Shown here piece by piece: positions 16,373-27,202 of a stretch of DNA of 27,686 nt. A program made the position numbers and the translations under genes. The stretch's first letter is position 1. Each line of letters opens with the position of its first letter. The notes beneath the pieces were generated by a model that saw nothing but the letters and a program-made list of their open reading frames with translations, was not told the origin of the DNA and ran no database searches. Where the stretch lies: positions 1 through 27,686 of the forward strand of contig CP099826.1 in NCBI GenBank assembly GCA_029851245.1, written 5' to 3'. The stretch comes from Candidatus Saccharimonadota bacterium. Lineage in GTDB: Bacteria > Bacteroidota > Bacteroidia > Flavobacteriales > Blattabacteriaceae.

Positions 16373-16844
16373 AAATATAAAAATAAAAAAAAAATATAGA
16401 ATTTATAAAAGAGATTTTAAATATAAAAGTAGAATAGTAACATATTTTGTAAATATTTTAATGAAAAATGGTAAAAAAAATTTATCATATAATATTTTTT
16501 ATAATACATTAAAAATAGTAAAAAATAAAATAAAAGATGAAGAACCATTTAAAATATTTAAAAAAGCATTAAATAATATTAAACCTAGTGTAGAAATAAA
16601 AGCTAGAAAAATTGGAAGTACTACATATAATATTCCTAAAAAAATAAGTAAAAAAAAAAGTATTTATTATTCAATAAAATGGTTAATTTTATATTCTAAA
16701 AAAAGAAAAGGAATAAGTATGTCAAATAAATTAGCAGAAGAAATAATAGCAGCTTATAATAAGATAGGAGAATCAATAAAAAAAAAAAATGAAATAGATA
16801 AATTATTTAATAAAAATAAAGGATTTTATAATTTTAAAAATTAA
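16359..16844 (+). CDS. rpsG: 30S ribosomal protein S7
   Basis: S7 blocks: [53 protein letters not shown]. Position rpsL-rpsG-fusA. Confidence 0.94.
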   Translation: MRKNKNIKIKKKYRIYKRDFKYKSRIVTYFVNILMKNGKKNLSYNIFYNTLKIVKNKIKDEEPFKIFKKALNNIKPSVEIKARKIGSTTYNIPKKISKKKSIYYSIKWLILYSKKRKGISMSNKLAEEIIAAYNKIGESIKKKNEIDKLFNKNKGFYNFKN

Positions 16845-16848
16845 TAAT

Positions 16849-18927
16849 ATGAAAAATAATAAATTAAAATATACAAGAAATATAGGAATTGTAGCACATA
16901 TTGATGCAGGAAAAACGACTACAACAGAAAGAATATTGTATTATTCTGGTATTAATCATAAGATAGGTGAAGTACATGAAGGTAATACTACAATGGATTG
17001 GATGGAACAAGAACAAGAAAGAGGAATAACAATAACATCAGCAGCAACTAGATGTATATGGAATTATGGAAAAAAAAAATATAATATTAATATAATAGAT
17101 ACTCCAGGCCATGTAGATTTTACAGTAGAAGTTGAAAGATCATTAAGAGTATTAGATGGTATGGTAGTATTATTTAGTGCGGTAGAAGGTGTAGAACCAC
17201 AATCCGAAACAGTATGGAAACAAGCTAATAATTATAAAATACCAAGAATAGGATATATTAATAAAATGGATAGAAAAGGTTCTAATTATTTTAAAGTATG
17301 TAAAGAAATAAAAAATAAATTAATTTGTAATATTGTAATACTACAAATACCAATAATAAAAAATGAAGTATTTATAGGAATAATAGATGTAATAAATAAA
17401 AAATATATAATATGGAAGGAAGAAAATTATGGTATGGAATATTATAAAAAAAGTATACCTAAAGAAAATATAAATATTTATAAAAAATATAAAAAAAAAT
17501 TATTAGAAATTTTATCAGAATATGATGATAATATAATGAATGATTATTTAGAAAATAAAAAAATAAAAAAAAAAAAAATAATATCAATAATTAGAAAACA
17601 GACTTATAAATTAAATTTAGTACCTATATTATGTGGTAGTTCATTTAAAAATAAAGGAGTACAAACATTATTAGATGCAATATGTATGTATTTACCATCT
17701 CCATTAAATACTAAAAAAATATTTGGTATTAATATAAATAATAATAAAGAATGTTTAATAAAACCTAGTATAAACTATCCGTATTGTTCATTAGCATTTA
17801 AAATAATGATAAATAAATATTTTGGAAAATTAATATTTTTTAGAGTATATTCAGGAAAGTTAAAAGTAGGAGATTATATTTATAATGTAAGAACTAAAAA
17901 AAAGGAAAGAATTTCAAGAATGTATCAAATACATGCCGATAAAAATATACCAATTAAAAAAATATTAGCAGGAGATATTTTTGCCGGAGTAGGTATAAAA
18001 AATATTAAAACTGGTGATACTTTATGTGATGAAAAATATCCTATATTATTAGAAAATATAAATTTTCCAAATCCAGTAATGGGAATTGCGATAGAACCAA
18101 AATATAAAAAAGATATAGATAAATTAAATTTAGCATTAAATAAAATTACAGAAGAAGATCCAACATTTCACGTAAAATTAGATAATAAAACAGGACAAAT
18201 AATAATTTCTGGAATGGGAGAATTACATTTAGAAATAATAATAGATAGAATAAAAAGAGAATTTAATATAGAAATTAATAAAGGTAATCCTAAAGTTGAA
18301 TATAAAGAAAGAATAATTAAAGAAATTAAACATAGAGAAATATATAAAAAACAAACTGGAGGAAGAGGAAAATTTGCAGATATTTTATTTACTATTGGGC
18401 CATATGAAAAAAAAGGATTAAAATTTATTAATAAAGTAAAAGGTGGGAATATTCCTAAAGAATTTATTACTTCAATAGAAAAAGGCTTTTATTATTCAAT
18501 GAAAATGGGGCCTTTATTAGGATATGAAATAGAATCTATGAAAATAGTATTATTAGATGGGTCTTATCATTCAGTAGATTCTGATACATTATCATTTGAA
18601 ATAGTAGCTAAAAATGGTTATAAAAATGCAATTAAAAAAACAAATCCAATAATATTAGAACCTATAATGAATTTAGAAGTAATATGTAAAAATGATATAA
18701 TAGGAAATATAATAAGTGATATAAATAAAAGAAGAGGAGTGGTAAAAAATATAATAGATAAAAAAAATGATAAAATAATAAAAGCAATAGTACCATTATC
18801 AGAAATGTTTGGATATATAACAGTATTAAGAACATTATCATCTGGTAGAGCAGTATCTAATATGAGTTTTTCTCATTATAGTATATTACCAGAAAATATA
18901 ACAAATAAACTTTTAGAAAATAAATAA
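16849..18927 (+). CDS. fusA: Elongation factor G
   Basis: RNIGIVAHIDAGKTTTTERILYY, MDWMEQEQERGITITSAAT, IIDTPGHVDFT.EVERSLRVLDG, INKMDR, GELHLEIIIDR, GGRGKFAD. Confidence 0.98.
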   Translation: MKNNKLKYTRNIGIVAHIDAGKTTTTERILYYSGINHKIGEVHEGNTTMDWMEQEQERGITITSAATRCIWNYGKKKYNINIIDTPGHVDFTVEVERSLRVLDGMVVLFSAVEGVEPQSETVWKQANNYKIPRIGYINKMDRKGSNYFKVCKEIKNKLICNIVILQIPIIKNEVFIGIIDVINKKYIIWKEENYGMEYYKKSIPKENINIYKKYKKKLLEILSEYDDNIMNDYLENKKIKKKKIISIIRKQTYKLNLVPILCGSSFKNKGVQTLLDAICMYLPSPLNTKKIFGININNNKECLIKPSINYPYCSLAFKIMINKYFGKLIFFRVYSGKLKVGDYIYNVRTKKKERISRMYQIHADKNIPIKKILAGDIFAGVGIKNIKTGDTLCDEKYPILLENINFPNPVMGIAIEPKYKKDIDKLNLALNKITEEDPTFHVKLDNKTGQIIISGMGELHLEIIIDRIKREFNIEINKGNPKVEYKERIIKEIKHREIYKKQTGGRGKFADILFTIGPYEKKGLKFINKVKGGNIPKEFITSIEKGFYYSMKMGPLLGYEIESMKIVLLDGSYHSVDSDTLSFEIVAKNGYKNAIKKTNPIILEPIMNLEVICKNDIIGNIISDINKRRGVVKNIIDKKNDKIIKAIVPLSEMFGYITVLRTLSSGRAVSNMSFSHYSILPENITNKLLENK

Positions 18928-18932
18928 AAAAA

Positions 18933-19277
18933 ATGAAAAATATAAAAAAAATAATTAAAAAAAAAAAAAAAATTATAAAAAAAATAAAAGTTAAATTAAG
19001 ATCATATGATTATATATTATTAGATAAAACAATAAAAATTTTAATAAAAACAATAATGTTTACCGGGATTAAAATAAATGGTCCTATACCATTACCGACA
19101 AAAATTAAGAAATTTACTGTTTTAAAATCTCCTCATGTACATAAAAAATCTAGAGAACAATTTGAATTATTAATACATATAAGATATTTAGAAATATTAA
19201 ATGCTAATAAATTAACAGTAAATGAAATAATGAAATTAAATTTACCAAGTAGTGTAGAAGTAAAATTTAAATTTTAA
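18933..19277 (+). CDS. rpsJ: 30S ribosomal protein S10 (Lys-rich N-terminal leader including an A16 run)
   Basis: IKVKLRSYDYILLDKTIK.....TG....GPIPLPTKIKKFTVLKSPHVHKKSREQFE...H.R. Start codon uncertain. Confidence 0.95.
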   Translation: MKNIKKIIKKKKKIIKKIKVKLRSYDYILLDKTIKILIKTIMFTGIKINGPIPLPTKIKKFTVLKSPHVHKKSREQFELLIHIRYLEILNANKLTVNEIMKLNLPSSVEVKFKF

Positions 19278-19284
19278 TAAATAA

Positions 19285-19929
19285 ATGATAGGAATAGGAA
19301 TAATAGGAAAAAAAAAAGAAATGATAAGTATATATATAAAAGATAAGTTATATGTATGTACTATACTAAAATTAGTAAAAAGTGAAATAATAAATATTAA
19401 AAAAAATGATATTAATAATTATTCAATATTAATAGGATATAATGAAAGTAATAAAATTAATAAACCTTTAAAAGGAATATTTAAAAAATATAAAGTTAAT
19501 AATTATAAAAATATATTACAATTTAATAAAATAACATATAAAAATATTGAAAGTATTAAAAATAAAAGAAATATAGATTTTACAATATTAAAAATAGGAG
19601 AAAAAATAGATATTATAGGTAAAAGTATAGGTAAAGGATTTCAAGGAGTAGTAAAGAGATATAATTTTTCAGGAGTAGGTGAAAAATCTCATGGTCAACA
19701 TAATAGATTAAGATCACCTGGATCAATAGGAGCTGGTACATATCCAGGAAAAGTATTTAAAGGTACTAAAATGGCAGGTAGAATGGGAAATAAAAGAATT
19801 ACAGTAAAAAATTTAAAAATATTATATATTAATGAAAAATATAATTTTTTATTAGTAAAAGGATCAGTACCAGGAAAAATAAATAAATATTTAATAATAA
19901 AAAAAAAATATGAAAAATTTAATAATTAA
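19285..19929 (+). CDS. rplC: 50S ribosomal protein L3
   Basis: GKGFQGVVKRYNFSG....HGQHNRLRSPGSIGAGTYPGKVFKGTKMAGRMGNKRITVKNL. Confidence 0.96.
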   Translation: MIGIGIIGKKKEMISIYIKDKLYVCTILKLVKSEIINIKKNDINNYSILIGYNESNKINKPLKGIFKKYKVNNYKNILQFNKITYKNIESIKNKRNIDFTILKIGEKIDIIGKSIGKGFQGVVKRYNFSGVGEKSHGQHNRLRSPGSIGAGTYPGKVFKGTKMAGRMGNKRITVKNLKILYINEKYNFLLVKGSVPGKINKYLIIKKKYEKFNN

Positions 19930-20551
19930 TAAAATAATTAAAAAAAATATAGAAAATATAAAAAAATATATTAAATATAAAAATAATAATCATATAATAT
20001 ATTTGTATGTAAAAAGATATTTAAATAATAAAAGATTAAATAATAGTAAAACTAAAGAAAGAGGTGAAGTAAAAGGAAGTAGAAGAAAAATACAAAAACA
20101 GAAAGGAACAGGGAATTCAAGAAAAGGAGATATAAAGAATCCAATATTTAAAGGAGGAGGAAGAATATTTGGACCAAATAATAATAGAAATTATAAAATA
20201 AAAATAAATAAAAAATTATTTTTAAGAGTTAAGAAAATATTATTATTTAAAAAAATATTAGATAAAAAAATTTATTATATAAATAGTAAAATATTTAAAT
20301 ATAAAAAAAATAAAACTAAATATTTTATAGAATATTTTAAAAATTTAAATTTTAAAATTAAAGAATATAAAAAATATTTAATTATTACATATAAAGTATA
20401 TAAAAGATTAATATTATCATCAAGAAATATAAAAAATATAAAAATAAATTTAATAAAAAATATTAATATATATAATATATTAATATCAGATTATATAATA
20501 ATAATAGATAAAAAAATTAATAATATATTAAATATTTTAAAATTAAAATAA
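19910..20551 (+). CDS. rplD: 50S ribosomal protein L4
   Basis: KTKERGEVKGSRRKIQKQKGTGNSRKGDIKNPIFKGGGRIFGP matches the L4 core. Confidence 0.94.
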   Translation: MKNLIINKIIKKNIENIKKYIKYKNNNHIIYLYVKRYLNNKRLNNSKTKERGEVKGSRRKIQKQKGTGNSRKGDIKNPIFKGGGRIFGPNNNRNYKIKINKKLFLRVKKILLFKKILDKKIYYINSKIFKYKKNKTKYFIEYFKNLNFKIKEYKKYLIITYKVYKRLILSSRNIKNIKINLIKNINIYNILISDYIIIIDKKINNILNILKLK

Positions 20552-20553
20552 AT

Positions 20554-20847
<294 letters not shown>

Positions 20848-20922
20848 AAATTTTTAGTAAAATAATGGTAAAATTTAATAAAAAAAATAAAAATATAAAT
20901 TATTTAAAAATAGAAAATAAAA

Positions 20923-21678
20923 ATGAAGATAATAAAAAAAAAAAAAATTAATAGATTAATATATGGAAAAAATAAAACTGGAGGTAGAAATAATCAAGGT
21001 AAAATAACAGTAAGATATAGAGGAGGAGGCCATAAAAAAAAATATAGAATAATTGATTATAAAAGAAATAAATTTAATATAAAAGCAGTAGTAAAAACTA
21101 TAGAGTATGATCCTAATAGGACGGCATATATTTCATTATTATTATATAAAGATGGTATAAAAAAGTATATTTTATCTATAAAAGGATTAAAAATAGGAAA
21201 TATAATAAAATCTACTAAAGATAATAAAATATTAAATATAGGAGATGCAGCACCTTTATATAATATACCGTTAGGAACTATAATATGTTGTATAGAAAGT
21301 ATACCTGGTAATGGAGCAATATATTCAAGAAGTGCAGGAACTTATTCTAAATTAATTTCAAAAGATAAAAAATATGCTATTTTAAAATTATCTTCAAATG
21401 AAAAAAAATTAGTTTCATTGAATTGTATAGCTACTATTGGAAGTATATCTAATAATAATCATAAATTTAAGAAATTAAATAAAGCAGGTAATAATAGATG
21501 GTTAGGAAGAAGACCTAGAACAAGAGGTGTAGCAATGAATCCTATAGATCATCCTATGGGAGGAGGAGAAGGTAAAGCATCAGGTGGCCATCCTAAGAGT
21601 AGAAGTGGAGTATATTCTAAAGGATTTAAAACACGTAAAAAATATAAAAAATCTTCAAAATATATATTAAAAAAATAA
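20923..21678 (+). CDS. rplB: 50S ribosomal protein L2 (N-terminus shortened by about 25 aa)
   Basis: GGRNNQGKITVRYRGGGHKKKYRIIDYKRNK, EYDPNRTAYI.L, GN.LPL..IP.GT....IE..PG.GA...RSAGT, RG.AMNP.DHP.GGGEG. Confidence 0.97.
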   Translation: MKIIKKKKINRLIYGKNKTGGRNNQGKITVRYRGGGHKKKYRIIDYKRNKFNIKAVVKTIEYDPNRTAYISLLLYKDGIKKYILSIKGLKIGNIIKSTKDNKILNIGDAAPLYNIPLGTIICCIESIPGNGAIYSRSAGTYSKLISKDKKYAILKLSSNEKKLVSLNCIATIGSISNNNHKFKKLNKAGNNRWLGRRPRTRGVAMNPIDHPMGGGEGKASGGHPKSRSGVYSKGFKTRKKYKKSSKYILKK

Positions 21679-21685
21679 ATAAAAT

Positions 21686-21958
21686 ATGGTAAGATCATTA
21701 AAAAAAGGACCTTTTATAAATTATAAATTAATTAAAAAAATAAAAGAAAATAATTTAAATTTAAAAAAAAAAAAAGTTATTAAAACTTGGTCAAGATCAT
21801 CATTAATAACACCAGAATTTATAGGAAATACTATAATGGTACATAATGGGAAAAAATTTATTTCAGTATTTATTACGGAAGATATGGTAGGTTATAAATT
21901 AGGAGAATTTTCACCTACAAGAATATTTAGAAAACATTCTTCAAAAAAAATAAAATAA
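21686..21958 (+). CDS. rpsS: 30S ribosomal protein S19
   Basis: [10 protein letters not shown]......K........[41 protein letters not shown]. Confidence 0.97.
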   Translation: MVRSLKKGPFINYKLIKKIKENNLNLKKKKVIKTWSRSSLITPEFIGNTIMVHNGKKFISVFITEDMVGYKLGEFSPTRIFRKHSSKKIK

Positions 21959-21967
21959 ATAATAAAT

Positions 21968-22360
21968 ATGGGAAAAAGAAAAAGAGAAAGAGCATTAAAA
22001 ATTAAAAAAAAAAATAATAAAAAATATATATCAATATTTAAAAAAATACTTATATCACCAAAAAAAATAAGGAATTTAATAAATTTAATAAAAGGAAAAT
22101 ATGTATTAAATGCAATTGAAATATTAAAAAATTATGTGAGTTTTAAAAAATCAAGAATATTATTAAAAATAATATTATATATAATATCAATTTATAAAAA
22201 TAGAACTAAAGATAATAATATAAATAATTTATATATATATAGATTAGAAGTAAATAAATCAAAATATATAAGAAAATTAAAATATTTATCTAAAGGAAAT
22301 ATAAATTTAATAAAAAGAAAATTAAGTATAATTAAAATAGAAATTAAAGTAAAAAAATAA
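21968..22360 (+). CDS. rplV: 50S ribosomal protein L22
   Basis: MGKRKRERA..IK..........K...ISPKKIRNLINLIKGKYVLNAIEILK matches the Bacteroidota L22 N-terminal half. Position rpsS-rplV-rpsC. Confidence 0.9.
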   Translation: MGKRKRERALKIKKKNNKKYISIFKKILISPKKIRNLINLIKGKYVLNAIEILKNYVSFKKSRILLKIILYIISIYKNRTKDNNINNLYIYRLEVNKSKYIRKLKYLSKGNINLIKRKLSIIKIEIKVKK

Positions 22361-22361
22361 T

Positions 22362-23198
22362 ATGGGACAAAAAACAAATCCAATATCTAATAGATTAGGT
22401 ATAATTTATGGTTGGAAATCATTATGGTATAGTAATTATTTATTATATGTATATGAAGATAATTTAATAAGAGAATACATAAAAAAAAGATATTTAAATA
22501 AATATTGTATTTCAACAATAATAATAGAAAGAATATTAAAAAAAATAATAATAAGTATATGTACTTCTAAACCCGCAATAATAATAGGAAAAAAGGGAAA
22601 AGAAGTAGAATATTTAAAAAAGAATATAAGAAATATAATATTAAATAATTATAATTCATTATCAAATAAAAATAGTAATTATTATAATAAAGAATTTTTA
22701 AAAACTTTTATTTTAAATATAAATGTAATAGATATAAATGTACCAGAATTAGATTCTTTATTAGTAGCAAGTAATATATGTAGACAAATAGAAAATAGAA
22801 TCTCATATAAAAAAGCTATTAAATTTGCAATATTTTTATCAATGAAAAAGAAAATAAATGGTATTAAAATACAAATTTCAGGAAGATTAAATGGTAATGA
22901 AATAGCGAGAACTGAAGTATATAAAGAAGGTACTATAAAATTATCAACATTTAGAGCAAATATAGATTATTCGTTTTATGAAGCAAATACAGTATATGGA
23001 AAAATTGGAGTAAAAGTATGGATAATGAAAAATGAGATATATGAAATAAAAAAAGATTTTACAAAATTTTATGAAAATTATCAAAATAAATTTAAATTTT
23101 ATATAAAGAAATTTATAAGAAAAAAAAATTATAATAATAAATATGGCAAAAAAAAAATATTTAAAAATACAAAAAGGGAGAATAAAAGGATATACTAA
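22362..23198 (+). CDS. rpsC: 30S ribosomal protein S3 (internal Asn/Ser-rich insertion, long Lys-rich tail overlapping rplP)
   Basis: [81 protein letters not shown]...L.TFRA.IDY....A.T.YG.IGVKVWI. Confidence 0.96.
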   Translation: MGQKTNPISNRLGIIYGWKSLWYSNYLLYVYEDNLIREYIKKRYLNKYCISTIIIERILKKIIISICTSKPAIIIGKKGKEVEYLKKNIRNIILNNYNSLSNKNSNYYNKEFLKTFILNINVIDINVPELDSLLVASNICRQIENRISYKKAIKFAIFLSMKKKINGIKIQISGRLNGNEIARTEVYKEGTIKLSTFRANIDYSFYEANTVYGKIGVKVWIMKNEIYEIKKDFTKFYENYQNKFKFYIKKFIRKKNYNNKYGKKKIFKNTKRENKRIY

Positions 23199-23553
23199 AA
23201 GAGGAAATAAATTAAATTTTGGAAAATATGGATTACAATCAATAGATAAACCAAAATATATTACAGAAAAACAAATAGAAGCAGCGAGAGTAGCAGGTAC
23301 GAGATATATGAAAAGAGAAGGTAAATTGTATATTAAGATTTTTCCAGATAAACCAATTACTAAAAAACCTCAAGAAGTAAGAATGGGAAAAGGAAAAGGA
23401 AATGTAGAATATAATGTAGCAATAGTGAAACCTGGAAAAGTATTATTTGAAATAAATGGAGTATCAGAAAAAATAGCAAAAGAATCATTAAGATTATGTT
23501 CTAATAAATTACCTATAAAAACTAAATATATAATAAATAATAATTATTTTTAA
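23143..23553 (+). CDS. rplP: 50S ribosomal protein L16
   Basis: [12 protein letters not shown]...RGN.L.FG.YGLQS......[56 protein letters not shown]. Confidence 0.97.
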   Translation: MAKKKYLKIQKGRIKGYTKRGNKLNFGKYGLQSIDKPKYITEKQIEAARVAGTRYMKREGKLYIKIFPDKPITKKPQEVRMGKGKGNVEYNVAIVKPGKVLFEINGVSEKIAKESLRLCSNKLPIKTKYIINNNYF

Positions 23554-23561
23554 ATAAAATT

Positions 23562-23801
23562 ATGAAAAAGATTAGAAAAGGAATAATAATAAGTGATAAA
23601 ATGAATAAAAGTAGAATAGTATTAGAAATTGTAAAAAATAAAAAAAAACATATAAAATATAAAAAAATAATATTAAGAAAAAAAAAATATTATGCACATG
23701 ATGAAAGAAATATTACTAAAACTGGAGATAAAGTAATATTATTAGAATGTAGACCATTAAGTAAAACAAAACGTTGGATAATAAAAAAAATAATTAAATA
23801 A
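23562..23801 (+). CDS. rpsQ: 30S ribosomal protein S17
   Basis: [19 protein letters not shown]......[16 protein letters not shown]....[16 protein letters not shown]. Confidence 0.94.
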   Translation: MKKIRKGIIISDKMNKSRIVLEIVKNKKKHIKYKKIILRKKKYYAHDERNITKTGDKVILLECRPLSKTKRWIIKKIIK

Positions 23802-23802
23802 A

Positions 23803-24165
23803 ATGTTACAACAAGAATCAAAATTAAAAGTTACTGATAATAGTGGAGCAAAAGAAGTATTGATAATAAGAGTATTAGGAGGATCTAAATATGCAAGTAT
23901 TGGTGATATAATAGTAGTTACAATAAAGAAAATATATGTAAAAAGTAATATAAAAAAAGGAGAAATTTATAAAGCAGTAGTAGTAAGAGTAAAAAAAAAA
24001 AAAAAAAGAGATGATGGTACATATATATCATTTGATGATAATGCTTGTATATTATTAAATGAAAATAAAGAAATAAAAGGAACAAGAATATTTGGTCCAG
24101 TATCAAGAGAATTAAGAAAAAGAGGATATATGAAAATAATATCATTATCAAATTTTGTAATATAA
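23803..24165 (+). CDS. rplN: 50S ribosomal protein L14
   Basis: [27 protein letters not shown]....A.IGD.IVV.IK, AVVVR.KK...R.DG.YI.FDDNA..LLN, G.RIFGPV.RELR. Confidence 0.97.
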   Translation: MLQQESKLKVTDNSGAKEVLIIRVLGGSKYASIGDIIVVTIKKIYVKSNIKKGEIYKAVVVRVKKKKKRDDGTYISFDDNACILLNENKEIKGTRIFGPVSRELRKRGYMKIISLSNFVI

Positions 24166-24188
24166 TAATTAATAACATAAAAAAAAAT

Positions 24189-24521
24189 ATGAATAAATTA
24201 AAAATTGGTGATAAAGTAATAATAATAACAGGTAAAAATAAAGGAAAAATAGGAAAAATAATAAATATATTTAAAAAAGAAAATAAAGTACTTGTAAAAA
24301 ATATTAATATAATAAAAAGAAATATTAAAAAAAAATATATAAAAGAGGTAGGAAAAATAATATATAGAGAATCAAAAATAAATATTTCAAATGTATCTAT
24401 AATAGATCCAAAATTAAAATGTAGAACAAAAATAAAAATAAAGAAAATAAATAATAATAAATTAAGAATATGTAAAAAATCTAATACTATATTAAAAGAA
24501 AATGATAAAAAAAATAAATAA
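24189..24521 (+). CDS. rplX: 50S ribosomal protein L24
   Basis: [21 protein letters not shown]......NKVLV..INI.KR..K (KOW motif). Position rplN-rplX-rplE. Confidence 0.92.
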   Translation: MNKLKIGDKVIIITGKNKGKIGKIINIFKKENKVLVKNINIIKRNIKKKYIKEVGKIIYRESKINISNVSIIDPKLKCRTKIKIKKINNNKLRICKKSNTILKENDKKNK

Positions 24522-25095
24522 TATATATATTCCTGAATTAAAAAAAATATATAATAAGATAGTAATAAAAAAATTAATTAATAAATTTAAGTATAAAAAT
24601 GTAATGCAAGTACCTAAATTAACTAAAATAGTAATAAATGTAGGAGTAGGTATAGCAGTAAAAAATAAAAAATATATTGATGATGTAATGAAAGATTTAT
24701 ATTTAATAACAGGACAAAAATCGGTTTATAGAATATCTAAAAAAGATGAAGCTGGGTTTAGTTTAAGAAAAGGGATGAAAATAAGTAGTATGGTAACATT
24801 AAGAAGAAATATAATGTATGAATTTTTAGATAGATTGATATCCATTGCATTACCTAGAACAAAAGATTTTAATGGAATTAAAGAAAATAGTTTTGATGGA
24901 AATGGAAATTATAATCTTGGAATAAAAGAACATATAATATTTCCAGAAATAAATTTTGAAAATGTAAAAAGAATATATGGAATGAATATAAGTATTGTAA
25001 CTAATGTAAAAAATGATATAGAAGCAAAATATTTATTAATATATTTAGGATTACCCTTTAAAAATAAAAATATATATGGCAAAAGAATCAATTAA
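24502..25095 (+). CDS. rplE: 50S ribosomal protein L5
   Basis: [26 protein letters not shown]....KK..AGF.LRKGM.I...VTLR...[33 protein letters not shown]. Confidence 0.96.
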   Translation: MIKKINNIYIPELKKIYNKIVIKKLINKFKYKNVMQVPKLTKIVINVGVGIAVKNKKYIDDVMKDLYLITGQKSVYRISKKDEAGFSLRKGMKISSMVTLRRNIMYEFLDRLISIALPRTKDFNGIKENSFDGNGNYNLGIKEHIIFPEINFENVKRIYGMNISIVTNVKNDIEAKYLLIYLGLPFKNKNIYGKRIN

Positions 25096-25345
25096 ATCAA
25101 GACAAATAAAAAGATTAAAATTATTTTATAAATATAATAAAAAAAGAGAAATTTTAAAAAAAAAAAAAAAATATTTAGAATTACAAAAAATACCTAAAAA
25201 TTCTTCAATAGTAAGATTAAAAAATATATGTAAATTAACAGGAAGAACAAGAGGATATATGAGAAATTTTGGAATTTCTCGTATAGAATTTAGAAGATTA
25301 TCTTCAAATGGTTTAATACCAGGAATTAAAAAATCAAGTTGGTAA
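25076..25345 (+). CDS. rpsN: 30S ribosomal protein S14 (long, non-zinc form)
   Basis: MAKES.K.R..KR......Y..KR..LK, LQK.P.NSS..RL.N.C..TGR.RGYMR.FG.SRI.FR.L...G.IPG..K.SW. Confidence 0.95.
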   Translation: MAKESIKSRQIKRLKLFYKYNKKREILKKKKKYLELQKIPKNSSIVRLKNICKLTGRTRGYMRNFGISRIEFRRLSSNGLIPGIKKSSW

Positions 25346-25346
25346 A

Positions 25347-25748
25347 ATGGATATTATAGGAAATTATATAACATTAATAAGAAATGGATGTTATGCAAAA
25401 AAAAATAAAATATATGTAAAATATTCAAAATTAATATTAAATATTACTAAAATATTATATAAATATAATTATTTAAATAAATATAAAATAATAAATAATG
25501 AAAGTAATAAAAATAAAAAATTATATAAATTGTTGTTGTATTTAAAATATATAAATGAATATTCAGTAATAAGAAATATTAAAAGAATAAGTAAACCGAG
25601 TTTAAGAAAATATTATAAATATAAAAATATATTTAAAGTATTAAATGGGTATGGAAAATGTATAATTTCAACTTCAAAAGGAATAATGACAGGTGAAAAA
25701 GCAATAAAAAATAAAATAGGAGGAGAAATATTGTTTATAATATATTAA
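25347..25748 (+). CDS. rpsH: 30S ribosomal protein S8
   Basis: D.IGNY.T.IRNG......I.V..SKL...I..IL....YL, ISKPS.R.Y, G.G..I.STSKG.MTG..A....IGGE.L. Position rpsN-rpsH-rplF. Confidence 0.93.
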   Translation: MDIIGNYITLIRNGCYAKKNKIYVKYSKLILNITKILYKYNYLNKYKIINNESNKNKKLYKLLLYLKYINEYSVIRNIKRISKPSLRKYYKYKNIFKVLNGYGKCIISTSKGIMTGEKAIKNKIGGEILFIIY

Positions 25749-25763
25749 AGTAATAAAGAATAT

Positions 25764-26318
25764 ATGTCAAGAATAGGGAAAAAATATATAATAATACCTA
25801 AAAATATAAAAATATATAAAAAAAAAGAATATATATATGTAAATGGTAAATTAGGAAAATTAAAAGAAAAAATTAATAAAAATATAAAAATAAAAATTAT
25901 AGAAAATAAAATATATTTATTAAATAAAAAAAAAAATATTAAAAAATATAAAAGTTTACATGGTCTTTATAGAATGTTAATATATAATATGATAAATGGA
26001 GTAAAAAAAGGATATAATAAACAATTAGAATTAGTAGGAGTAGGATATAAAGCAAATGTGAGTGAAAATGGACATATTTTACAATTAAATATAGGATATT
26101 CACATCAAATAATTATAGAATTATGTAAAGAAGTATTTGTAAAATTAGAAAATATAAAAGGAGAAAATATAATAATAAATTTATTTTGTATTAATAAACA
26201 ATTATTAGGAATAGTAGCATCAAAAATAAGATCATTAAAAAAACCTGATCCATATAAAGGCAAAGGAATAAGATATAAAAATGAAAAAATAATATTAAAA
26301 AAAGGAAAATCAGTATAA
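25764..26318 (+). CDS. rplF: 50S ribosomal protein L6
   Basis: MSRIGKK.I.IP, HG..R.LI.NMI.GV..GY.K.LELVGVGY.A, L.LN.GYSH, PDPYKGKGIRY..E.I..K.GK. Confidence 0.95.
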   Translation: MSRIGKKYIIIPKNIKIYKKKEYIYVNGKLGKLKEKINKNIKIKIIENKIYLLNKKKNIKKYKSLHGLYRMLIYNMINGVKKGYNKQLELVGVGYKANVSENGHILQLNIGYSHQIIIELCKEVFVKLENIKGENIIINLFCINKQLLGIVASKIRSLKKPDPYKGKGIRYKNEKIILKKGKSV

Positions 26319-26332
26319 TAAAATAAAAAAAT

Positions 26333-26668
26333 ATGAAAAATAAAAATAAAATTAAAAAATATGGAACTAAAGATAATCCAAGATTATCAATATTTAAAAG
26401 TAATAAAGAAATATATGTACAAATAATAGATGATATAAATAATAATACTATAATATCATATTCATCTATAGTAGAAAAAAAAAAAAATATAAAAAATAAT
26501 AAAATTACTAAATCAGATATGGCATATATAATAGGTAAAAAAATAGCATTAAAAATATTATCAAAAAAAATAAAAAAAATATTTTTTGTAAATAAAAGGA
26601 AATATAAATTTCATGGAATAATAAAAATAATAATAGAAACTATTAGAAAAAATGGAATTAAAATATAA
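26333..26668 (+). CDS. rplR: 50S ribosomal protein L18
   Basis: G....PRLSIFKSNKEIYVQIIDD.....I.S.SS motif and position rplF-rplR-rpsE. The C-terminal half is degenerate. Confidence 0.88.
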   Translation: MKNKNKIKKYGTKDNPRLSIFKSNKEIYVQIIDDINNNTIISYSSIVEKKKNIKNNKITKSDMAYIIGKKIALKILSKKIKKIFFVNKRKYKFHGIIKIIIETIRKNGIKI

Positions 26669-26695
26669 TATAATATAAAAATAAAATTAAAATAT

Positions 26696-27202
26696 ATGAA
26701 AAAATTAAATAAAAAAATAAAAGTTAATTATAAAGAATATGAATTAATAGAAAAAATAGTAAAAATTAAAAGAGTTTGTAAAGTAACTAAAGGAAGAAGA
26801 GATTTTAGTTTTAGTACAATATTAGTAAAAGGTAATTATAATGGTATAATAGGATATGGAATAGGAAAATCAAAAGATGTTTCAAATTCAATTTATAAAG
26901 CAAATGTAAATTCGAATAGAAAATTAATAAAAATACCAATTATAAATTATACAATACCTTATCAACAAATGTATAAATATTGTAGTACAAAAATATATTT
27001 ATATCCAGCATATCAAGGTACAGGAATAATAGCAGGAAATTCTGCCAGAATAGTATTAGAATTAGCAGGTATTAAAAATATTGTATCAAAATTCATAGGA
27101 TCTACTAATATATATAATAGTGTTAAAGCTACTTTTTATGCATTAAAAGAAATATTATTAAATTATAAAATATTTAAAAAAAAAATAAATGATAATATAT
27201 AA
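26696..27202 (+). CDS. rpsE: 30S ribosomal protein S5
   Basis: EK.V.IKRV.KVTKGRR.FSF....VKGN.NG..GYG.GK.KDV...I.KA, GTGIIAG...R.VLELAGI.NI..K..GS.N..N.VKAT..AL. Confidence 0.95.
   Translation: MKKLNKKIKVNYKEYELIEKIVKIKRVCKVTKGRRDFSFSTILVKGNYNGIIGYGIGKSKDVSNSIYKANVNSNRKLIKIPIINYTIPYQQMYKYCSTKIYLYPAYQGTGIIAGNSARIVLELAGIKNIVSKFIGSTNIYNSVKATFYALKEILLNYKIFKKKINDNI

Noticed and set aside
20865-20951. Frame-shifted small ORF MVKFNKKNKNINYLKIENKNEDNKKKKN between rplW and rplB, considered as an independent gene
   Set aside because: It has no recognisable family and overlaps the rplB start. It is more economically explained as intergenic or alternate-frame sequence connected with the rplW poly(A) issue, and is discussed there instead of being called as a gene.
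22192-22383. 63-aa minus-strand ORF antisense to rplV/rpsC
   Set aside because: A hydrophobic, low-complexity F/L/I-rich translation, as expected from reading T-rich antisense of A-rich coding DNA. It overlaps two well-supported genes.
23918-24178. 86-aa minus-strand ORF antisense to rplN
   Set aside because: Same antisense artefact. It includes poly-Phe/Leu from the complement of the A17 run. rplN on the + strand is strongly conserved.
24909-25091. 60-aa minus-strand ORF antisense to rplE
   Set aside because: Antisense artefact inside a well-supported L5 gene, with no recognisable motifs.
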